A stretch of DNA of 63,985 bases, filler included, from Catajapyx aquilonaris (lineage: Eukaryota), in the NCBI GenBank assembly GCA_000934665.2. It is 3 parts of 3 records of this genome, joined end to end, with 100 filler letters (N's around TTAATTAATTAA, not from the genome) between each part and the next. Parts side by side here need not be neighbours in the genome. Positions count along the whole stretch, not along the records: positions 43,073 to 63,985 come from JYFJ02006165.1; 2 more parts are not named here. One strand, written 5' to 3'. Under the pieces are notes generated by a model. The model saw nothing but the letters and a program-made list of their open reading frames with translations, was not told the DNA's origin and ran no database searches. Shown piece by piece: positions 49,401 through 62,600 of this stretch (within the stretch, counting starts at the first letter, position 1; each line of letters begins with the position of its first letter). The position numbers were made by a program, and so were the translations under genes.

Positions 49401-52400
49401 ACCACCACCACAACCACCATCATCATCATCAAGTTTTTATGCCAGATCTAATCAAATGAAATGGAGTCAGTCATCCGTAAGGTGACGAGGGTTTGAATAA
49501 AGTTCAGGTAGACGAGAGTCGAGAGAAATCAGAAAACTGTCCAGACTATTTCATCCATCACTGCACCAAATGTGATTGCACCCCCTCCCCCCTGCCGACC
49601 TTTATGGGATCCAACTGCCATAAGGGTGACATGGGATATAAGGGGGAAGGGGGAAGTCGAAAGAAAAAGATGCAATAATTTATTATGACTTGCACTGCAT
49701 GGTTTATTCGATATTCTTCCTCCTAAGGCAACTGAGACACCTGCCCCATTGCTAGACGAAACGTCTGGCACAAAATTGTCCCTCGCTGTTGCCAACATAA
49801 GATTTCCGTGACAGCTCTCACGTCAGAGACATTCCCTGTATCAGATGTTTCGTCCAATAGTGGGGAAAGTGTCCCACTGGAATTGCCACCAATGACTACT
49901 GGAATGCATGATTTATTAAGTGTAATTATTTCACTTAATAAATCATGCATTCCAGTAGTCGTTAGTGCATCCTTTTCTTTTGCCTTCCCCTTCTACGCCC
50001 CATTTGGCCATGTGAGCACAGTCACTCAGCCTTATGGCGCTGGAGGTTGGACCCGATAATATCTGTGAGGGTGTTTCTTTGGGAATATCTAATGGCTCGC
50101 CTACCATTCTGGTATGAACCAAATTAAGAAAACTAGTAGATGTGATATGTCCAGATTTTACCATAACTTTACCTAAACTTTTTCGTAACCATGCCCGTAT
50201 ATCTGCGCACAGTTGACTGGCTCTATTTCACCTGAATGGACCCTTCAGTATACCTAAAAGCAGCTTACTTCCAATAAATCATTAACAACTTAGTTACAGA
50301 CACTTCATAATTATTGAAGCACTCTGCATAATGAACACTTGTTCACTATTTTAAAAATTCGTAGAATGGAATGACTAAAATAGACTGGTGTTATTGCTGC
50401 ACAGTCTTGTGTGAAGTTCTTGTTCACATTCTCACCTTCCATATTGTTGAGAGAATTGTCTGTATCATGGTGTTAAAACCTTCGGTTCCCTCAACATACA
50501 TGATCTTCTGAAGTACATCGCAAAGATGGATTATCACATCATGCAGTGCGTCGAACTTGGGCTGACCATGATCACCTTTGGGACAGCTGTCATAACGTGC
50601 ATCTAGAAGTGTCATTTTCGACAAAATAGTGCTCGTACAATGCACGAGAACGACATCCCTACTGTCACGCAGTCCAATTGACAAAAGATGAGAAAGATCA
50701 TGGACTTCAAGGTGATCTTGTGCCCTGAAAAATGTAAATCAGGTTTTAACTTATCCGCGTTTGCTCATGTTCTCAGGCCACACTGATTAACTGAAAGAGC
50801 AAAAGAACTGGGGAATACACTATGCAACAAAAATCAACATTTTTCTGCCCATAGAAATTCATCGCTATTTCCATGTTCTTCAGGTCACTCGTAACTCATA
50901 TAATAACAATTCATTTGTCTTCAATATTTGTTTTTGACCTTGGGGCAGTCGAAAAACTAAATTCCTCGAAAAATAGGGGTCATTCCGAATCAAGTGAACC
51001 GAAATGTTGCTCGACCATCTCGGATTTTGGTGAAATAAATCACAGATGCGCACACAACTGCATCTCAAGTTTCATCCTTATTGCGCAATACCGTTGGGAG
51101 GGGAAAAATCGATTATATGATATGACACGTTTCAAAAGACTTCTCTGCACCCCATTCATTGCACAAGGACACTTGGCCTTGGTTCCAACCTATTATTCAT
51201 TCAGTAGAGAAAAGCAGTTGGGTCATTCCAAATTAATTTAGTAAATTTTCGGAAAATTAGTGGCTTTCGAGTTTCGACCACTCCCGATATTTTTTTAAAA
51301 ATCACATGTGTAGGCATACAAGACATAGCACCAAATCCTAAATTTGACACTTCTGGAGTTATAGCACTGGAGTTATAGCTATAGGGACGACAAACTTAAC
51401 AATGTTGACGCCTTGCCATAATAATTATATTCCATTGTTATACCGTTTCCTGGTATACCGACATGATTTCAAATTACATGCCACGAAGGAATGAAATAAT
51501 ATTTCACAAACTATTACAAAAGATTTATTTTTAAAAATAAAACGCAGTTAACGCACAAATACAAAATACTCCACTATGCCTCGTAAATTGGACTGTGAGG
51601 TCACCAAAATGGGACTAGACCCAGTACTGTACAGCTCCTCCGCCATGATTTCCTGCTTTGTGGAAATTGACGACTGCTCCTCCTTTAACTCCTGAAGTAC
51701 AGTGTTGGTCATATATCGAGGCAACACCCAGCGACATTTTCCGAAGCGGCAGAAGAAGGAATCTTGCTCGCCCGGCTTGAAGTATCCTTATCTTCGATTC
51801 CTTCTTCTGCCGCTTCGGAAAATGTCGCTGGCAGTTGCCTCGATATATGACCAACACTGTAACCACCCCAGTGCAACTCCGTTATTTTCACATAGATTTC
51901 CCCCTCCGACCCCCGTGACTTTCGAGAGCCAAGTGGAGTCTTATCAGTAGTTAGGTAGGGTGCCGCATCGCTTGAGTTTGCGGCGCTTTTGTCCCGTTTT
52001 TTTTTAGTTCTCTACCCCAGAGCACTCCATCTTGTAAGCTAGTGGGAGAGGTGGGGGAAATGGGGGCATCCACGTTCTTATAATACAATAGTAATAATTT
52101 TCGCCGCAGTGAGGGGTCACGACATGCACTGTGGCGAGAAGAGGCCGAGTGGGACTCTGGACTCTGGAGATTACGCGATAAGGGGGCTATAGTTGCCCGA
52201 CCTGTATATACGAGTAATTATACACAAAAACTCCTCGTCCGTGTGAAGAACCTTCTCCACTTCTCTCCCAAATGGACCGCCGTCATAAATAGTGTACGTC
52301 ACTAACGTCAGGCTCACTTCCGGCGCGGCGCGTTCAAAAGTCGCGAATCTGCGTGAGTGAGGCCATGTCGTACGCACAAGAGCAGAACGTTGCATCGTCT

Positions 52401-54457
52401 CTACACTCGGGATCTAAAGCGAGTGTGGACATTGTAGGCCTACAGTTTGTCAGCCCTGGTCAGCCCTATAGTTCATTAACTCCAGAAGTGTCAAACGTTG
52501 GATTTGGCATCATGACTTGCTACACCTGCCATCTTTATCAAAAATATTGAGATTGTTTGAGCTATACATCCATTTCCTCAGGTGAGATGGAATGATTAAG
52601 TTACGTCACAATGAGAAACAATGTCTGTCAGCAATGAAGCTACAGTAACAATCTCTGATTGAATCAATAATCAATAATTACTCATCTCCATTTCTAATAT
52701 AATTTCATGAACATCAATTGGCAGGAAAAATGTATTACTTTTAGACTGAGACATGACCAATAATAATTATTGGTCATGTCTCAGTCTAAAAGTAATACAT
52801 TTTCACATAATTCACATGTTATGTTCACATAATTATTATGTGAACGCTTTTAGTCACACACAATACTGCCACTCCCTGCAGTCAGAAAATAGCTAGCTTA
52901 TGGTGGAGCCTCACAAATGTATGACTGTGCCTTACATCCTTGTGATTCAACAATATTATAAAGTATTATGCACTTACCGAGCGAGAATTCCTAACACAGC
53001 AATTGCATTTCTGCCATTCTGATCATCTCCATCACTGACCAAACACCACAGAAACTGTTCCAAAGAGACACAGGTGAGTATCGATCAAGCACGTTTGGTG
53101 TATCCGCAAATATTATTTTGGTTTCCACTTTTTATTTACCTCCACAAAATTACTGCAGAGGTCACCTGAAGCAACCAGTGACGATATTACAATGCGCAAA
53201 GATGTACACATTGAGAGGTCACACTCTTCAACGAGCTCACAGAAAATGTGGGCAAATGCACTGGCTTTTTCTCTGAAAAAAATAGATGTTTTATCGAAAT
53301 CGTATACTGGCACTGACATGTCTGACGCCAGTTACTGTGCACATTACAGGGTAGGAAAAATCAAACTACCATTGTCAGGGACACGGTCAGGGATGAAGAG
53401 GATGGGAGCAGGAGGGGCGAGCTATTGACAAAAAATGTCCCCCCTCCTGCCCCCACCCCATAATATTTTCCCACCAATCTAATCAATAATAATAACAATA
53501 ACAAAACTTTAATCATGACCATACCTGTAAATTAAGTTATGAGTGTTGGCCAGCTCTAAGAAGGCACTGGGCAAAACTGTACTGAGGATGTGCTCCGATC
53601 CATGTGCAAGAATTCTTCGGACTCCCCGATAGGCTGCATATATTCCTTGGTGTAGTGCAATCACGAGCAGGTTCATGGCTTTCGGTGCATTGTTGTCACT
53701 GTCTGACATCACAATGCTTGCTACCCTGGGCATTGCGTAAGAGAAGGTTCGCCTAAGAACCATCAAACTCTTCACACATTGCACTTTATAACTCAAACTC
53801 TTGCTGAAACAGTCTACACCAAGGTCTTCATTCTTTTCTTTCGATTCACAATGGAAGAACATGTGGGCCATCAGATGAGCCAACATGCCGCATTCCAACT
53901 CCACTTGTTTGTGGATCAGGTCATCGCTCCCCTCATCTCCGCGCTCTTCAAAGTCAGGATCCTTTGTGCCAACCTTAGGGTTATCTTTCTTGCCCTTCAT
54001 GTCCCTTTTACACTTATCACGTTCTGTGTCCTCATTGTTTGCCTTGTTCTTAAAGTCACCCGTATTAGTGATATCACCTGCCAATATTTTGGGGACTTCC
54101 CACATGTATAAGAACTTCAGGAATCTCAGAACACTAGGTTTCGACTTTGTGATCGTGACTTTCTCCGCTTCATTATAGGCACTTCGGTCTTCCTCCCCGG
54201 AATCGGAGGAAATGAACATCATCTCCATCCAACCCCTGCTGGGAAGAATGCATTCACTGACAAATCACATTGCAAATGACAATATAACAATGTACATGCC
54301 TAATTTCCGTGTTAGATGGGCAAGCTTCAGCCAGGATTCTTCCAACAACAGCTGCATCTTGGAAACGACCAGTTCTGAGCAGCTGAGTCGCAGTTTTCAA
54401 GGCAATATCCAAATTGTGAGGATTTTGTAGGTGTCTCCATTTTTCATTGATTGGTCC

Positions 54458-54539
<82 letters not shown>

Positions 54540-57500
54540 CACTGAATAATAATAATAATAATAATCACTGAATAATAATAATAATAATAATCACTGAATA
54601 ATAATCCCGAATTGAATAATAGAAAGGGTGCTATTAAAAGGAGATCGCGGTGTGACTCCGACTGTTTAAACTTACTTCTCGAGACAACGGGCATTAGTCT
54701 GTCCTTTCATCAACAAACTTGAAAGGGAATAGTTACAATCACGTTCTAAGAACAGTAAGGTCTGGACACTCCCCCTCTTATCGCCTTAGGAGCCTGACGG
54801 GGTGTTTTGCGGCAGGTGACCGCGTGATAGTGCTCTTCAGGACTTCGTAGACATGTGGCGACCCTACCTGACTACGCTGAACTTACTTGTTACTTACTTG
54901 TTAGGTAGAAGAGAAGCGCTTCTCTTCTCCCTAAGTTCAGCGCAGTCCGATAGGGTCGCCACATGTTTGTGAAACCCTGAAAAGCGCTATCATGCGGCCC
55001 CCTGCCGCAAAACACCCTGTCAGGCCCCTAAGGCGTATCGATGGGAGACCAGACCAGACCTTACTATTCTTAGACCGCGGTTACAATTCACACACACAAA
55101 CCCTGTTGGAAGTGTAGGGCAGAGGTTCCCAAACTTTTTGAGTCGCGGAGCACTTTTCAGGAGAGATATTCGTGACGGAGCACCAAGATCATCGAGCCGC
55201 GTAAGCAGAAAAAAATTCTGGGTTGGAGGGGGGAGGGGGAGCGCCAAATTAGTAAATTAGAATGGGAGGGGCGAAAGAGCGGTGCAGGCGAAAAATTTTT
55301 GGGTTCAAGGTCACACAAGCTACTGAGAGATTTGAATGGGTATAGCTTATTGAAGAATTCCTTTTTTTTCCCAACCTCTTCGCGGAGCACTTGGAAAAGC
55401 TTCGCGGAGCACAGTTTGGGAAACTCTGGTGTAGGGTATACTCATACTGTGTACTGAATAGACAATAGAGTATACTGTAGTGTGCGGTGTGACGCCAGTG
55501 CGGTATACTGTATACCGTACCCGAAATGTATACCCCTGTTCCCTTCATATTGCCTCATTCGTTGGTAATTTTTTTGCTGAACTGCCACAGTGCAGTGGCG
55601 GGTAACAGCGGAGGCAAGGATACGCGATGGTGGGTGGTTTATCGGACAGTAGTCCAGCAGTAGGAGAGGTATTTACCGTACTGTACCCCTGAACAAAGTG
55701 TTGTCTCCAAGCGGTTTCCTTGCTTGCAATTACCCGCCACCTTTAATATTATTCCATATCCCTGATATCACGCAGGTCTCCTTCATAGGCCCACCGCTGC
55801 CTATAATGCTTGCAGCACAATAAATTCAATGTTATGAATGAAGAAAGTACCGGGGCCAAAACTTGAATTTTAAGATCTTAAAAATCGAGCTAATGTTGAT
55901 GTCATGTGGGACCTGTCATGCTATAGGAGTACTTCTGATTTGTTAGGATGACTTCTACATTATTCGATCGAATGCTACTGCCTTGAATGGCACCCTGAAT
56001 ATATTTAGTAGTGTCTATTTCATAACCAACTGGACAGTGCACCGTCTCCATTTCTGGACTGACAGGATATAAGTTGCGTGTCAAATCAGGCTTGGTGGAG
56101 GAAGACGGGTGATGATAATATTGCTTGCCTTCATGTGCTCGCGTCCTTTCCAGGCGGAAATGGGCAGGCACAATATGATGCAGCATTGCAGCATAATTTT
56201 ACCCGAACTCCCTATGTGTTGGTAAAACAGTAGGTCTACTGTACCTACCTTTCATTGCATCATGAGAGTAGGAGAGGAGCTTCTTCTCTATTTCTGGCCA
56301 CTTCTTTATCTTCAGAGTGATATTTGGCCATATGGGGCATATTTCCCACTTATGCTTGCAAATGGTTAGCTTGCATTGGGCAAGGGATGGAACATCCTAG
56401 CAATTACAGTACAAAATACATTCTTGGCATATTCTTTAGACCAAAATTATTTGCAAATCCCGGACGGATCTGAACTCACATCTGCGTGGAGCTCACACTT
56501 TTGCGAAGGAGTCACACACTATTTTCGTGTGTGTCAACCCACTCTCCCTGCCCCGCCCGGGGATCGGAATCACGTTCTCAAAAATGTGACTCCCTTGCAA
56601 AAGTCTAAGCCATACGCAAATATGAATTTAGACCTAAAGGATGCGTGTTTACCTTTTCAATAGCAGCATATGTGTTGCAGACGCTCAAAAACACATTCAG
56701 TGCTGCGTCTCGAACAATGTAAGCCTCGTCAACCAATGCTTTTGCACTAACCCTTATGACGGATGCAAGGGAGGCCGCAGGAATTTGCCCATTGTTTAAC
56801 AGGGAGAGTATGTAATGTAAAACCTGCAACGTACAAAGTAAAGGTAAACTTAACGAACCTGTTGCATTATGGTAACAACATGAATTATTGGCGTACCCAA
56901 AATCGAATGATAAAAACTTGATCATTGAAGGAGGCCAACATTACTCGAAGGTAGTCATACAATCGCATTTGGTCAGGGTAGTTGACATCTTCGGGCCCTG
57001 GCTTCTGCGCGACTAGGTTGTACAGACGTTCAATCATGCGCCTCCGAATTATGTGGGACTAGAAAGAAATGTCACCAGTGAAACAGTTACACGACTGCTC
57101 AGGGACAATACCCAGTTGTGCCCCAAACTTACCTCTTGGTTCACTTCAGACAAGAAGTAACTCAGATTTCCTGTAACAGCTTCAGGATGAAGTTTGGAAA
57201 GATGTGCCAAGAACTTCATCAGCCTTTTATTTATGCGATCCTGGTCTTCGTCTGATGGAAGTGTATCTTGAGATACTAGGATCATCAACCTCATGAGCAT
57301 TATATTGGAATTGCACGGTTGAATGATTTCGTCTGTGAGCTTTACGAGAAACTGAGTCCAACGATGCGATTTCAGGATTGCTACTATTCGTTTCAAGAAG
57401 GAACTTTCATGTCCGTATTTCTGTATAAGAATGGCAATAGTTTTGGAAAGATATGGATGAACTTCTGTGTCGAGGTGGATGACACTGGTCTTCAAGATTT

Positions 57501-59612
57501 GGTACACAATGTCCCCAATATGCCTGAAACGATGCAAGTTAGTCATTCATCAAACCTTTCAAATCGGATAATTTTTGGCCAAACATGCACTCACTCCTGA
57601 ACGGCTGGTTCAACGACACATCCGGGCCACATCTTATCAAGAGGCAGCTCCAACAATTGAACCACTTGCTTCATAAGAATCAACCGTTTAGCAGACCATT
57701 CAGGATTAATCTTCGGTTCCCCCTGTAACAATATCTATTGCCAACATATGCACACTACAACATTGTACAGTAATGTTGAAAATCCTTTATCCGAAATGCT
57801 TGGGATCGGAAGTGTTTCGGATTTTGGAATACAGTATTAATAGCTAGGCTATCTTTACACCTGAAAATGGGACAGCCTTGGGATGGGACAGAGTCTAATA
57901 AACTACAGGTAATGAAGCTATACTGTCCGTTTATTTAATATAGAGCCCTGTGTTTGACTCTAAACAACTCCCAGGAAAATTATCCAAAAAAATAATGGCA
58001 TGTATCGTTAGAAAGCTTGTTTAAATCTACGTTACATATTATATGGGAGTTGTTTTCCTATCGTCAGTCTCTAATTTTTCATCGTAAAAAGAAGGCGGAA
58101 AAGTGTCATTTTTTGACTAGTTGCCCACGTTACACCGCAAAGGGGATTTTTATGACACTTTCAGGAGGCAAAAAATATCCCCCTGTGAACCCTAGATAGT
58201 GCTCATCTTTGTCTATCTAATGATATATTTGAAACATTGAGATCGCCATTTCTGTAATCATAATTAAGTTAATTGCACACCTCTGTTATCTCGGCTGTTT
58301 ATAATCCTAATTACTTCGCGAATGTATCGACGGCAAGCCATAAATGTGCGTGATAAGAATACATTGTGCTCTATTACACTAAAAATGTTAAAAGTATATA
58401 TTGTTTTAGTAAGTTTAATAGAAAAGGACCCAGCCCGCTTTCTGGCGGGAATAGACGGCGATACTTTTAAATACTTTTTTGTGTGTGTAATAGAGCACAA
58501 TGTAATCTTATCACGCACATTTCTGGCTTGCCGGCGATACATTCGCGAAGTAATTAGGATTATAAACGAGATATCAGACGTGTGCAATTAACTTAATTAT
58601 GATTACAGAAATTACGATCTCAATGTTTCAAATATGTCATTAGATAGACAAAGATGTGCACTATCCAGGGTTCACAGGTTGATTTTCGTGGCCTCCTGAA
58701 AGTGTCATAAAAAATTCACTTTGCGGTGTAACGTCGGCAACTAGTCAAAAAATGACACTTTTCCGCCTTCTCTTTACGATGAAAAATCAGAGACTGACGA
58801 TAGGAAAACAACTCGCATATATGAACCGTGGATTTAAACAAGCTTTCTAACGATACATACTGTCATTATTTATTTATTTTATAATTTGCCTGGGAGTTGT
58901 TTAGAGTCAAACACAGGGCTCTATCCTCTATATTAAATAAACGGATAGTAGTCATGATTCACTCTCATGAAATTATCAATTAGTGGCGCGTCATGTCAGT
59001 ACTCAAAACTTCCGAATTTTATCATTTCGAATCAAGTATCCTCAACCTGAGTGTGTTGCCTACCTACACCACTATAGAATAGTATAAGTTATATTTAACA
59101 TTACTGCAGCATTTTGCATGACACACTGAGTTTGAATTCTTGAGTGGACTCTTCAGTTTAACACTGAGCAGTTATTGTTGTATGGTCACTTTATATTTGA
59201 TTTGATTTGATTTGGTGCACAATTATTATGCATATTCCATGCCAGGTAGCCTACAGTACTTGTACTGTACTATTCAGGGTTATCCAAAACACTTGTCTGA
59301 CTAATGTGGCTATTAGCAGGAACTAAGCTGCTTATTATTAGCCAGTTACTTTCGCAGGGTTACTTTCAATAGTTATCACAAGTATTAGATGCTAATATTA
59401 GGTCAAGTGTATCTATTCTTTTTAAATCTTACAAAAGGGTCTGGCCATGCACAAATTCGATGTGAGATGCAAGTAATGATGGAAAAGTAACTGCTTAGTG
59501 CAGCTTAGTGCCAATAAATAGCCATATTAATCGAACAAGTATTTTGGATCAATCTGTGTATATGTGTAATGTGGGTATACGATATACACTATAACTACTT
59601 TTCGTATTTGAG

Positions 59613-59680
<68 letters not shown>

Positions 59681-62600
59681 GGCTGCGGCTGTATATCTAT
59701 AGTTAGTTTCTAAATAACCCCATTAACATTGTTGATTAATAATTATTGTTGCAGACATTACGCACGGATAAATCTTTGGCAGGATTATCTGTTACAGTCA
59801 TGTAGGACTGGTTGCACAATAATTGAAGATTTTACGATCGAGGATTTATCGTTGTTATTCACTGTTGAGATCAATTCCATTGGCCAATTCAATTCATTTC
59901 TGTATTGAAATCAATCTATACCTCAATTCAGGTCAATTCTAATGGTCAAGGAAATTGAATGGAAGCAATCATTCAATTCCATTTAAATAGGAATGCTATC
60001 AATCACAGTTCAACCAAATTCCATTTAAGTAAGAATGTTTTTCAATGACATAAATATTTCATTCCAATCATCAGTTTGGAAGTAAGTTAATGCCGAATTA
60101 ATGCCGAATTTAATTGTGCCAAATCAGTGCTTAATTCATTAGTTCTGAACCAGTGTAGAAGACAACCTGGTATATGAAAAGGAAAATAATATCATCCTTA
60201 TAATAATTATACCTGTGCATTAAAAAGAGGCTACTTACGTTATTTTGAGGAAAGAAACTTGTTGCAAATCTATTTTCCATCATTGGGGCCAGGTTGGAGA
60301 TGATGTAGATAGTCATTTTAATCGAGTTAAAATAGTTATATACTTCATCGGGTCTCCACCTTTCCTCTTTGTTCAAGTAATCTTTGTAGTCCGATATGAC
60401 CAGATCCAGAACTACAACATGAAATGACCAAGATGATTATTTTTCTACTACATTCTCTAGAAAAGGTAAGGGTACGCCACCACAGGTTCTTTTCAAAGCT
60501 TGCAATGCTGTGACAGGTCAATGATTCCAGAGCCGTAAAGGGGACCTGCGGAGACCTGTGTGGGTTTTTTTTTTTTTCTAGTGCCACGCAAAAGAACCAG
60601 TGATAGGGTCGGTCCTTCCTCTTCTCATCCAAGAGAACATGTTTAAATAGGATGTATTTTTCTGGAGATTTGTCATCTGTTCTGATGACAAACCTCCAAA
60701 ACTGTCTACACATACCTGTCCTTTCCACATTCCAATAGCGATGAACTAACTTGGTCGACAGATGGTAAAACTGTCGTATCACACTGTATAACACGTCGAA
60801 TCCATACAGTATGAAATGTTTTTCATCTGGACAGCTTTCGAAACCTAATAATGAAATTTGAAGCATATAATAATGAAACTTTCAAACGACCAAATTCATC
60901 GAAAGATGTCAACAAAGTGAAGAGCGGTTCACATGATGTGAACCACTTTGTATGATCACTCTTCACTTTGTTGACTATGACTCATCCATGAATTTAGTGC
61001 TGGAAGTGAGGCAACCATAGAAAACAGGTTTTTCTTTGGTATGAAAACCTTTACGGCTACCTGGTAATTGATTCGAATTTTAGTGCAACGGTACAACTTT
61101 CAATCAATTCAGATACAATCATTATCCTTAAATTTTTTTCACGATAATAATCAAAGGTGCCCTATATCGGATAGTAATTGCACTTGCACTGTCATTATGA
61201 ATATCGGCATCTACAGGGTTATTTAGAAATGGATGAAATGGGGAAAGAAGTTGCTGGAATAAATCTGGCAACAGGGCAGATTAAATTTTTTTACTGATTA
61301 TTTCTTGAATGACACTTTAGCCCGGAGATGATTTTACGCTTCTGTTATTGCGCACTTTGATGAAAGTGTAAAGTAATATTGCGTTCATAGAAATATGAGA
61401 TTGGGATAACCACACAAAAATACTTTTTTTTTCTAGCCTCAATTTCCGCCAAAGCTTTTGTTGCATTCGTTAATCGATCAAAACCGACACCAAATTTCAT
61501 TGCTTTGCGTTTTTCAGTCTGTACAAGTTTACGAGCATATGGGGTGGTGTCCCAGATATTCTGCTTATAACTTCGCCATTGGAGTATTTAGGGAAAGATG
61601 CTGGAGGAATGGCGCTTCCCAGACCCGGTGAAAAGGGCTCATACTTCAACATGTACTAAACAAAATAATACTAGCAGCAATTACTATGCTAGCATTTAAA
61701 AGCAACCAAGCATAAGTAAATGCTTGAAAACAAGCAACTTGGAGCAAAACAATCTTGAACTGAAACGGATGACGTACCTCAATTGGAACACACTGCATAA
61801 AACAATATTGGTATTATACGAGGGTAGAAATATTTCCAGTGACGGACCGTGACTCGCTTTGTAGCTCTGTTTGCTACATGCACAAGAGCCGGTGCAAAAA
61901 ACGATCGTGAAACAATTTTATAATAATTATTATTTGTAACTTATTGGATACAAGGATGGTGATGTTTAGTCTTCTAAATCTTTCCTCCGACAATTTTTGG
62001 TCCACACCTTGCACATAAACAAAAACGCGCGCATGACTGTACTAGGGTATCATACAGTTTCGACGAAACCTCCATACACATCTCGTCCAATGTAATCAAG
62101 ATAACAAAATTTTGTCCGAAAGATTTTTCGCCCAAATGACATTTGGTCCGAAATATTTCGCCTAATGATGCATTTACTCTGCAGTGTCACTGTATTCTCG
62201 TGCACCAGGCACGTTTTTGTCCAAAAAGTATCTTGTGTAAAATAATAATTCCTCCAAACCCAAAGACGCAGACGCGGGTAGACCAAAACGGGTTAGTCTT
62301 TGGACAAAAACATTTGGACGAAAAGATATTCGTAGTGTACGAGAATTAGTCCAAGGAAATGCATTTTGGCGAAATCATTGGACGAGATATCTTTGCAAGA
62401 AAATGATTTGACTGAATGGGTACGTAACCGTAATTATGTTCCAAGCATGTGAATTCCGTGCAAGAATGAGTCCTAATATGGAGTATTCAGACAGACACCG
62501 GTTTTTAGTCATTTAGCGCCGGAAATTTGCGAAACAATTATAGTAATACACAAAATCTTCCTAATTTGATGGGAAGGGTATTTTGATAGGTTTATTCCTC

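Noticed and set aside
58264..58591. Mirror-image ORFs on both strands (also 10141-10638, 36271-37026, 51615-51950)
   Set aside because: Products of inverted-repeat arms, not genes.
62050..62430. Short spaced repeats (gtccgaaa/ggacgaaa) suggestive of an array
   Set aside because: Irregular degenerate subterminal-type repeats of a probable DNA transposon; eukaryotic context and no constant repeat-spacer period, so not CRISPR.
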